DNA of 64,000 nucleotides from Pristiophorus japonicus. Its lineage: Eukaryota. The stretch covers positions 117,242,001 to 117,306,000 of the forward strand of contig NC_091993.1 of the NCBI RefSeq assembly GCF_044704955.1, read 5' to 3'. Positions within the stretch are counted from its first letter, which is position 1, and the number at the start of each line of letters is the position of its first letter. The position numbers were made by a program, and so were the translations under genes. This document shows positions 1-11,500 of this stretch, piece by piece. A model generated the notes under the pieces. That model saw only the letters and a program-made list of their open reading frames with translations, made no database searches and had not been told where the DNA came from.

Positions 1-1736
1 CTGCTCAGGGAAATAGGCCCTTCCTATCCACTCAATCCATGCCCCTCACAATTTTAGACACCTCAATAAGGTCTCCCCTCAGCCTCCTCTGTTCCAAAGA
101 AAACAAATCCAGCCTATCCAATCTTTCCTCATAGCTAAAATTCTCCAGTCCAGGCAACTCTCTTCTGTTGACTCAATGACTTGTAAAATATCCATATATC
201 CATTATTAAATTATTGTGCCGATTATAATGCGTGTAAAACTATTACAGATTACTTAAAAAAAAGAACAGTACCATCATCAATGTTCTCAGCACCACACTG
301 AAGTAGCAGATTCGATCAGATGTTTGAACCACCAACCTCCCATGCAGAGATACAACGGAATTCAACAAGAAAACCGGAAGGGATTGAGTCAGGAGGAATT
401 AATTTTTAATGCAATTGTAGCAGTTGTAGAAAGTTTGTTCCTGTTTCTTCTGGTGGATTTGAAACTGAATGAGTAATGATTACACCACAATGTATATTTA
501 GTTTGGTGTGACCTGTCTTCTCTGCATTTGCTCTCAAGGTGAAACAGAAAACAAAGGTCACCGACACAATAGCCTAGAAATTCGGGTGTGCTCATTTTTG
601 GGCATGTGGGGGGTGGCGAGTTAGGGAGGATAGGGTACAGTCCCTGCGCCTCAATGGTATGGCCCGATATTGGGACTCGGGCCTCATTTCCACCAAGCGG
701 GTGAGCTGCGGAGAGCAGGAGGCTGCTCTCCCGGTGAAGCGTCACTGAAGGTTGAGCTGCTGCGAACCTTGCAGTGACCCTCAGGTAAGTGAGGAAGGGG
801 AGGGGCATCATTGGGAGGGGGTGAGATTGATGGTCGGGGATTGGGTGTGCTAGCTCGGCGGGGGTGGGTGGGAGTTTCGGTGGCCGTTTGAGGGTTGGGG
901 GGGGGGGGGTGCTGGTTGCGGTGCGGCCAGGGTTTTAATGTGGGAGCAGGAGGGGGAGTCCTGCTCCTCCTGGCTCCATCTTCAGGTAAAGTCTGGAGTC
1001 CTTCCTGCCGGTTAGCACCACGTTGTATTGTGCGAGCTCAGCACTTGGGGAGTGGAGCCCCAGGGCGTTCGAAAATTGAGAACACGTCCCGCAAGATGCA
1101 CAGGACCCTAATTCAAAGTAAGTTGCTACCACCCTTGAATGTTTCTGATGCGCGCTCCTGACGCCACCTCATCCAATGTGGTTGTTGGAGCACTTGGAAA
1201 TGTGGGCGGGATTCTTGCCCGCCATATTGGAGGCTTAGGAGGCCGTTTTTACACGTTCATTGAGGCATATGCAGATGCCCATGTCTCAGATATGTGGCAT
1301 GCACTTTGCAACTTATACAGGAACTGGAGAGTTTGGGTCCTTGGAGCTTTGCTGCTATTTTACTGGTGTATCCCTGCAGATGACCAACAGTGGTTTTCAC
1401 AAAGTCAGAGCTCGTGTACTGGCCTCTGCTCCTATATACCAGGAAATCCTTTAGCCACTTCATTCATGCTTAAGAGCTTAGAGCGTGGATGAGCCCGAGA
1501 CCCTTGTCCAATAATCAGCATGGCCATCACCATGGATTTGGTAGGAGTGAGACAGATGTGAGGCTGAACCACCCAGGGTCAAAAAGAAATGGATAACTAT
1601 TAACTTAGGACTGCAGCCAGACAGGTATGTTTTATCTCTGATCAGTTACCATACAAATCTTAAATGAGAAATGTTTTAGTGTCACATTTGTCTGAAATTA
1701 TATTTGTATTGACACAGTTATGGTTTATCACTGCAT

Positions 1737-1742
1737 TTTATT
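1737..1742 (-). terminator. Candidate polyadenylation signal (AATAAA) of gene A
   Basis: tttatt on the + strand, ~480 nt downstream of the stop in AT-rich UTR-like sequence. Confidence 0.45.
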
Positions 1743-2222
1743 TGTGTTTGTAACATTTAGAGTATAACATGAAACACCAGTGAATACATTGATATCACAG
1801 TAAAATATATTATCAGTTTCCATTTTTAATGTGTAAATACTCCAATTGTACATACATTCAAAATGGCTCCGCAGGAATTTAAGACTGAAGGAAGCTACAT
1901 CCACTTGAAAAAATAACTCTCCAACAGCAATGAATAAAGCTGCTTCTCATTAATAAACAATGGGAAGAACTTACATAGAAAGACAAGGAATATACAGCAC
2001 AGAAACAGGCCATTCGGCCTAACTAGTCTGGACTCAGAAACTCAATGTAAGGTGATTACACTTGCTGATGATGCCAAACTGGGAGGAGCAGTGGAGTTGG
2101 AGGGAACAGCTCAGAAGTTATAGAATGAATTGGACAAAATAAATATGCGGCCAGCTCGTAAGAACTGAAATGCAAAGTAAGATGCAACAATAAGCAAGAC
2201 AGGGACCACATGAATGGTTTGC

Positions 2223-2540
2223 CTAAAGTCTAGCGTTAGCATAAATTGACATTTCAGAGTTTTCCGGAGTATCAAATGATGGAGGTTCTCTGTTGTTCTT
2301 TGGGGGCTGGCCTTGAACCTTGATAGCACTGTAGGTGACACTGTCCTCATTGTTAACTGAGTGCCTGGCCACCTCACCGCTCCGTGCTGTCGATTTCTTC
2401 TGAAACTGCACTGTTGCATACGTGATTCCATTTTTGTCATTACTCAACTGGGCACTTCCCTCGCTGGGCCTTTCTGCTGAGCTATGTCGAAGGGGCTTTA
2501 CACTTGCATATACAGTGCTCCCTTCCGCTGCTGAAAATTG
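2223..2540 (-). CDS. Gene A exon 7, cytoplasmic tail with TVYASV, ITYATV, VTYSAI and SIYANA
   Basis: Acceptor T-tract plus tag at 2541-2543; in frame with ORF 2223..2447; four Tyr motifs. Confidence 0.9.
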   Translation of the reverse strand, partial: QFSAAEGSTVYASVKPLRHSSAERPSEGSAQLSNDKNGITYATVQFQKKSTARSGEVARHSVNNEDSVTYSAIKVQGQPPKNNREPPSFDTPENSEMSIYANARL

Positions 2541-5500
2541 CTAAAATAAAAAAAAATGAGATCCAATTTATCTCTGATTAACTTGAATGATGATTTGTGC
2601 TGTTATGAGGAGAAATGTATTTCTGGATTATTACAAATCAATTTACAAAGTATTAGAAAGTACGACAAATTATTTACAGCACAGAAACAGGCCATTCGGC
2701 CCAATGGGTCCATGTCAGTGTTTATGCTCCACATGAGCCTCCTTCCACTCCTCTTCATCTAACCCCATCAACATACCCCTCTATTCCTTTCTCCCCATGT
2801 GCTTATTTAACTTCCCCTTGAATGCATTTATGCTATTTGCCTCAACTACTCCCTGTGGTAGCGAGTTCCACATTCTGACCACTCTCTGGGTAAAGAAGTT
2901 CCTCCTGAATTCCCGATTGGATTTATTAGAGTCTTATATGTATGGCCCCTAGTTCTGGTCTCGCTCGCAAGTGGAAACATCTTCTCTATGTCTACCCTAT
3001 CCAACCCTTTTATAATCTTGAAGACCTCTATTAGGTCACCCCTCAGTTTTCTCTTTTCAGAAAAGAGCCCCAGCCTGTTCAATCTTTCCATAAATGTTTA
3101 ATTTTCCAAGAGAGTATAATAACACATTACATCTCATCATTTCATAGGTGAAGTAGCAGTGATCCTAAATCAATATTAACTACATCTATATTTACAACAA
3201 CAACAACTTGCTTTCATATAGCGCCTTCAACGTAGTAAAATATCCCATGGAGCTTCACAGGAGCATAATCAGTTAAAAATTGAAACCGAGCCAAAGAAGC
3301 AGACATTAGGGCAGTGACCAAAAACTTTTAAGTTTTTACGGCAGAAGAATTTTAAGGAGTGTCTTAAAGGAGGAGAGAGTAGCGGAGAGTTTTAAGGAGA
3401 GAATTCCAGAGCTTAGGACCTAGGTGTCTGAAGTCAAGTCTGCCAATAGTGGTGTTAAGGAAGTGGAGGATGCATAAGGCCGGAGTTGGAGGAACGCAGA
3501 GTTCTTGGAGAGTTGTAGGGCTGGAGGAGGTTAAGATGTTTAAATAATGCATGTGCAACATCCTGGCCCAAAATCCTAATTTTCAGTTTCACAATTTTTG
3601 AGTACGCTTTTGGGAATTCCCTGTTTACCACTGTCAACATTGGGTTGTCATGTTCCAGGCCTCATTTGACCAGAGCCCTGCTCTTGAAGTACCTTGACCA
3701 ATGCCAAGAGAAGGTCACTCGTTTAAAAATGTTTTAAAACTTTGGGGCTTCACCCTTATGGGTCACAAAGCTCTCAACAGTCGAGGTGCTGTTCTTGTTG
3801 TGTCACAAAGGGAAACAAAACTGAACGTTTAGCCCCCCCGTTTGGGATAGTGCAGCATGTCGTTTGTTTTGTGTGTTATGTGGAGCGCTACAGAAGACAT
3901 TCAAGTCTGGAAATGCTACATTGTTCAGCTATGTGCCGACATTGACTCTTCTGGGTGAAGAGGTCAATCAGTCCACATAGCAGAAGATTGGAGAAGCCCA
4001 AGTGAAGGATGACAACATGCAGTTCATAAACAAGGGATGGGTCTCACAGTTATGCTGTCATACATCTCGATACTGCAAAGTCAAATAAACTCCAAATTGT
4101 AAGATATGTGGTTCCACTTATGGGAGAGACCAGTGCTGCTGATATGAGACAATATCTATGGCAGGCCAGAAATTTGTAACCTCCTCACTGGTATAGAGCA
4201 GTCTTTGGTCATGGGGAGAGACAGGTGATGAAATTGAGATTCTTAAGATTATGAAGCTAATTAATAAAATTGACCCAGTCAAAATTTCACTGTGGCAAAA
4301 GGTTCAAATACTTGGGATGTCGAGTTGAAATTAATACGATAGCAAGTCAGGTCAAACTTTCGGTACTCAATGGCCCAGAAATCCCGGTCGGCTGCTTCCA
4401 GCAGGCGATCGAGGGAAAAACTTTAAAAAGATGCGCACTTACCTGAAGCTGCTGCGCCCACGCGGGTTCCCGGTCCTGAGGCCGCCACTGACTGCGCGTC
4501 GCAGCGCGTGCACGTCAGGACGTGTGCAGGGCTGGAACTGCAGTCACATGGCTCTGGGCAGCCAATCAAGGTGAAGTGTGTTCTCATTCATAATAATGGG
4601 AATTCCGTAAGTTGGAGTTCCCATTATTATGAATGAGAACCACGCCTCCCAAACACCCAAAACACTAATAAAAAATAGAAAAAACGCACCACATGTTTTT
4701 ATTAATTTAAATTAAAGTTATTAATGTATTATAAAAAATATATATTTTTCCAATTAAAAAAAACATTTTTTACATTATGGTTTAAAATAAACTTACTGTA
4801 GTGGGGAGGGTTTGTATAATTTTATTTTAAAATGTTTTTGTGTATTTTAAAACTCTTACACCTGTAAAAGTAGGCTATGTGCCTGCTTTTATCAGGCGCA
4901 AGGGTTTTCATGACATTTGCTGGGCAAGATATGGGAAAATACCCGCAATCTTGCCCGTGCGAATGTCCTGGCAGCCGAGATACGGAAGATCTGTCAAGCT
5001 CCAGCTTGACAGATCGGAAAAGCCGGTTTTCAGCGCATGCACATTGTGCGCTGAAAACCACACAATGCGCATGCACACTCCGTACGGACCCGGGAGGCCG
5101 GAATTTCTGGGCCAAAAGAGTTGTGGAAAATTTTACTAGGAAAGACTAGATGAATAGATTTAAGAGTCAATACGATGCATTTTGGAGCGGGAAAGCATTG
5201 TCAGATATAATAAAAAAGTGGGTAGGTAAGATCAACCTCAGAGAACAGCAGATGTGCTGGTTGGGCCTGGTGGCCTATTCCTGTTCTTAATTTTTTTTTG
5301 CATTAGTACTTGGGACTTTACACGACTATATGAAAATGTAGACTGAGAAAAGTCATCAAATCTGTAATGTATTTGCTTCATGGGCTCCCTGCTCACGAAT
5401 TCATAGCAACACTTTGCTACCAAGAACTAGTTGGTTTATCAACAAAGGTTTAATAATCACACTACACATTACCAGTTCATCCACTAGGCTCACAACAGCA

Positions 5501-8500
5501 TACCTCATTGTGGATGACTTAGACCCAACTGACTGGGGTTTTACTGAATTTTGTGAACATCACGTGACTGGCTAAGCCACTCACAATGCTCTACAAACCT
5601 GTGAGAATACTCATGGGTGCGTACATTACAAAATCCAAAGACCGGGTTAAACAATTAACAAAGTCGCATTTCTAACTGTAAGGCCAAGGTCACCATCCCT
5701 CTGTGCCCATGAGAGTGAAATAATGGAATGATATGCTGCTAGGGTTAGCTGAAGAGGGGTGGAAGGAGGCCTGTGTGGAGCATAAACGCTGACATGGCCA
5801 AATGGCCTGTTTTTGTGCTTTAAATTCTATGTAATCCAGTTTTGCAAATTTCCAAATATTATTCAGAGAATTCATACTTAATATCCTTACCTCATCATGA
5901 ATAAGAGTGCCGTCTCCTCTATGACATATTATGCAGTTTGTACCTGAAAAATTACAATGTTACTGTTGAAAGAGCTATAACAGGAACAATTAATATGTTT
6001 AAAATGTACAAACTGACAATGTGTTTCAGCGTGCATAGTCTTACATTGATCTACATTGATGTGAACCTCATCTGCATTGCACACATGATTCCCTACATAG
6101 AGCGAAAAACTGCTCTGGTTATTCTGCACAATATTCAGAAAGCACGGAGGTAACTTTCACCTTCACTGACTGACGCAGCAGATCATCTGCCTGTTGTAGA
6201 ACTCGCCCGATTATCACCCATTGAGTTCTACAAGGCGCTCTGCCAGATTATCGCCCAGACGTGAAGGTGAAAATTAGCTCCCACTATGTTCAGGTTTTTA
6301 CAAGACAAAGACTGATCAATTCTACCCTGCAAATGAGCTCCTGATCTGTTGTGCCATCAGTGGGAGGCCAAACAATTCATCACAGGGAGAAATCAGAGTC
6401 AGCCAGTGGCTGAGTTGCATTAGCGAGTGGCTCAGTGGGTAGCGCCCTCGCTAAGTCAAGAGGTCATGGGTTCAAGAGACTTGAGCGCAAAAATCTAGGC
6501 TGACACTCCTCATGAAGGAATGCTGCACTGTTGCAGGTGCCATCTTTCAGATGAGACATTAATCTGAGGCCCCGTCTGCTCTCTCAGGTGAAGGTAAAAG
6601 ATTCCATGGCACTATTTTGAAGAAGAGCAGGGGAGTTCGCCCCGGTGACCTGGCCAATATTTATTCCTCAACCAACATAACAAAAACAGATTATCTGGTC
6701 GTTATCACATTGCTGTTTGTGGGAGCTTGCTGTGCGCTTATTGGCTGCTATGTTTCCTACATAATAACAGTGAGTACACATCAACAAATAAGGACTTAAT
6801 TTGCTGTAAGGCGCTTTGAGGCATCTGATGGTCGTGAAAGGCGCTCTATAAATCTTTCTTTTTTCTATTGACACCAGCCAATGAGTTGGAGGTGGGGCAG
6901 GATTAGTTTATTTTGCAGCAAACAAAATTAATAAGAGAATAGTAATGCAAACAAAATATATTCACTCAGCAAAATCTATTTAAACAGTGCATTACAGCAA
7001 ACAATCTAGAGAGTCTATTTTAACAATGCATTACAGCAAACAGTTTACAGAGTCTATTTTAACAGTGCATTACAGCAAACAGTCCATAGAGTCTATTTAA
7101 ACAGCATTACAGCAAACAGTCTACAGAGTCTATTTTAACAGTGCATTACAGCAAACAGTCTACAGAGTCTATTTAAAAAGAGTCCCTGTGGACTAGAGGA
7201 ACAGAACTCCTGACCGAAACTACGGCCATTTCTCCTGATGATAACAGGATGATTTCTCCAGAAAAATGCAGTGAGAGAAGGGTAATTACATAATACAAAT
7301 TGATTATTCCTCCAGCAAAATGCAGATAGCTCCATGCAAATTCTGAGCATAAAATCAATCTCAGTCACTTAAAGCAGTGCAGTCTCCAGACGTGATTGAC
7401 GGGGAATTGCCCAATGATCTCCATGGCCGAGAATAGTGGTTTCACTATAAGCAACTGGGAGAATTCTTAGAGGTTGTCACCTCAGTGATCTCAGGTACAG
7501 CATTAGCAGCAGAAAACTGGTCCAACTTGTTGGTCCATGAGTAACATTTGTCTCAGAGAAGTACAGTTGTCTGTGGCAGCTCTTTGCTGGAGCAATCTAA
7601 AACTAATACTAATGTCTTTGCTCACTCTTCAATGCTCTGTATATATCACTGCTTTGTAAGAGTTTACACGTTTCGTAATCAAGCACAGCAAGAGATCGCG
7701 GACTGAAGTGGTTGAAAACAAAAACCTGTGGGACTGTTGGGTGGGAGAAAAAGTGCCAGCCTGGGGCAGGTGGTGACTCATAACTGATTAATGCAATTTC
7801 TGCGGCCAGGAGCGAGACCCGATTAACATCGAGACAAAGGGTTTTGATACAATCAAGCAGAGAAGCCCATGGATTCATTGGCCGGAGGGGAAAAACCAGT
7901 TCCCTATGGAGACTACAAGTCTGCGAAAATCTAGCACCACAAAGGATCCCACAAGGCGTGCATTTTTGGATAGCGAGGCATAAAAGATAAGGAGTTATCT
8001 TTGGTCCTGCTGATTCCGTGCACAGAACGAGGTGCAAATTGTGACCATCCAAGCAGATCCAAACCCATCATTACAGCCATCGAGGCTCATCCAGACACAT
8101 TAACTGAAAGCAGCCCAGCAGGAAACTTGTATCGAATGGATATATATGAAGGAGCTCACAGAAGCAAACCACCTCAGAACAACAGGTCAAAGGAACAACA
8201 ACCACGAAGGGGAACAATGGAAAGAAGAACAAGAAGAGAGAGATGACGAGAAGGAAACACACGCAGGAGTAGAGACAAGTGGAGAAGCAAGCAGCGGGGA
8301 CCCACCATCTTCCCTCGCTCCACGAGCCTACAATCACCAACAGTAGCAACTGGCTGGGCGGGTGTTTGTATGTCTTCGATCAATCTCTAAGAAGTCTTAT
8401 TCTGTAATTTTTAGTTGGTTTTTGTGTAATAAACTAACAGTTGGGTTTAAGACTAAACTTTGCGTTACGTGGAGTCCTTCCTGTAATTCCCGAGGTCTAT

Positions 8501-11500
8501 GAATCAAAGTAGAGTGGGAAACAAACACCCTACAGCTTCAAACCATGAGCCAATTTCCCTTTAAAAAGTCCAAGGGTCTTTACCACTCCCTATGACAAAG
8601 CATTCCATGTTCCAACACATCTCTGAATAAAGAAATATCTCCTAACCTCTCTCCTCACTCTCTTAGTAACAATTTTAAATTGAGAACCCCTTCATCACTG
8701 ACTCCCCAACCAGAGAAAATCGTTTTTCCCCATTCACTTGATCAGGACCGTTCATATCTTTGAAAAACTCTACTAGACCAGAAAATATGAGGCAATTTAG
8801 AAAAAATGAATAAAGTAAACAATTTGTTGTTAATGATACATAGTTTGTATATGCAATGGTGATTGTAAACTTGATTATCATGATAACATTAGGACCAGAT
8901 TTAATAAACCACCACTTTAAACTCCTGTCTCCAAATGAAAGATAGAGGATGGCTTCTACTGTACTCCAGTTGACCCTGTGTTCTAACTGAACATAACAAG
9001 ATGTGAAACATGGTCAAGTTGACTTTATTGCACCATCTGTGGTGAGGTGTAACAACTGTTTTCACAACTTCTTCCTCTCGAAGCTACAAGCTGCTTCAAG
9101 ATTAATTACTTCATATTTGCCATTGGCAGAAGGGTCGAGCACCAGAGGTCACAGATTTCAAGGTGATTGGCGGAAGAGCCAAAGGCAACGTGAGGGAAAA
9201 CTTGTTTACGCAGCGAGTGGTTAGGATCTGGAATGCACTGCCTGATGGGGTGGTGGAGGCAGACTCAATCACGGCTTTCAAAAGGGAATTGGATAATTAC
9301 TCGAAGGAAAAAACATTGTAGGGTTGGGGGAAGGGGTAGGGGAGTGGGATTAGCTGAGGTGCACCTGCAGAGAGCTGGCGCAGATTCGACGGGCCGAATG
9401 GCCTCCTTCTGTGCTGTAACCGTTCTATGATTCTATGTAAGAACAGTAACAATGGGTGAAAAATGAGAACATTGTGGATTTTATCGACTTTTATAAACTT
9501 CTTGCAGCATTGTCTCTGCTTTAGCTGGAATGCCCCAGCCAGCATATGTCATCTTTAGGGCTCAGCCTTTGGAATTTCCCATTTGAACTTAGTTTGGACG
9601 TCAAAGCCAAACACATCTTGATTCCCGCCATACAAAGCTTTCGCTTCAGATAATCAATCAAATTTCAACTGATGTTCTAATCCAAAATATCACGAGGAAA
9701 ATCTTTTCAGCTACCTTTTATTTGTATGCGAGCTCAAGGTGCTCTCAGCAAATACATGCTCGCGTGAATTTAAGGCAGTCATTAACCCACTTCATTCATG
9801 ACCGCCTTAAGTTATTGCTGACAGGAATTTGTTTTACATGTCTTATGTATTCATACTGAAAGACCACTAACTGACACATTTCCTGTCGTTTGACTAGGGG
9901 AAGCATTAAATGGTCAAAAAGAAGCCAGACACTATTAGATTTTACTGGTAAAGCAGCCAGTCCCACAGAGAATCTGCAATCTTTTTTTTCCTTCGGGTAA
10001 TTATCCAATTCCCTTTTGAAAGCCACGATTGAGTCTGCCTCCACCACCCCATCAGGCAGTGCATTCCAGATCCTAACCACTCGCTGCGTAAAAAAGTTTT
10101 CCCTTACGTCGCCTTTGGATCTTCTGCCAATCACCTTGAAATCAGTGACCTCTGGTTCTTGACCCTTCTGCTTGAGTAAACAGTAACCATTCCAAAATTG
10201 GTCATCTGACTCCCGAACTCATTCTCTTAAACGTCTTGGATTTGATCGCAACTTAGCACAATTGGGTCATAAGAACATAAGAAATAGGAGCAGGAGTAGG
10301 TCATTTGGCCCCTCGAGCCTGCTCCGCCATTTAATAAAATCATGGCTGATCTGATCATGGATTCAGCTCCACTTCCCTGCCCGCTCCCCATAACCCTTTA
10401 TTTCCCTTATCGCTCAAAAATCTGTCTATCTCCGCCTTAAATATATTAAATGACCCAGCCTCCACAGGCAGAGAATTCCACAGATTTACAACCCTCTGAG
10501 AGAAGAAATTCCCCATCACAGTTTTAAATGGGCGACCCCTTATTCTGAGACGATGTCCCCCAGTTTTAGTTTCCCTTATGAATGGAAATATCCTCTCTGC
10601 ATCCACCTTGTCGAGCCCCCTCATTATCTTATATGTTTCGATAAGATCACCTCTCATCCTTCTGAACTCCAATGTATATAGGCCAAAACTACTCAACCTA
10701 TCATCATAAGTCAAACTCCTCATCTCTGGAATCAATCTAGTGAACCTTCTCTGAACAGCCTCCAATGCGAGTATTCCTTAAATACGGAGCCCAAAACTGT
10801 ACGCAGTACTCTACATGTGGTCTCGCCAATATCCTGCACAGTTGTAGTCTGCTTTTATATTCTATCCCTCTTGCAATAAAGACCAATGTTCCATTTGCCT
10901 TCCTGATTACTTGCTTGTCGAATCAGAGAAATTTAGCTGATGAAGAACATACATGAGAAATAGGAGCAGGAGAAGGACATTTGGCCTCTCTAGCCTGCTC
11001 CTTCATTTAACAAGATCATGGCTGATCTGATCACATTCAATTACAACAAACACATCGCAACTGCTCACGCTTATCGTTGAAAGACCAAGGCCCATCTAAA
11101 TTTCACTTCCACCGAAACATCTCTATCTTTCTAAACCCATGATGGATTCTGCTTCCTGCAGAGCTCAGAGGAATATTTGCTGTTACCTAGCAAAAGTAAC
11201 AACTTACCTACTATTCTTCCATGTTTTATACATCTAGACTAGAAAATGCAATATACTACAATTGTAGCTGTTTGTTGATTGCAACGAGCCATGTTCTCTT
11301 TATACAAAAGAAGGGTCATCGACCTGTAACACTAACTCTGTCTCTTTTTCCACAGATGCTGCCTGATCTGCTGAGTATTTTCAGCATTCTCTGTTTTTAT
11401 GTCCTCTTTATATTCTGCTGCAAATTATTGACATATAATGAAATTATTGAAGAAAGATAGGAACTCACCCTTCTTGTTGAGCATCAGGTAGAAAAGTAGG

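Noticed and set aside
570-1500. GC-rich segment with several ORFs
   Set aside because: Starts with a TIR-like sequence and resembles a non-autonomous DNA element, but no matching right end or protein similarity could be established.
6975-7177. CRISPR-like array
   Set aside because: Head-to-tail tandem units with no unique spacers, in a eukaryotic intron.
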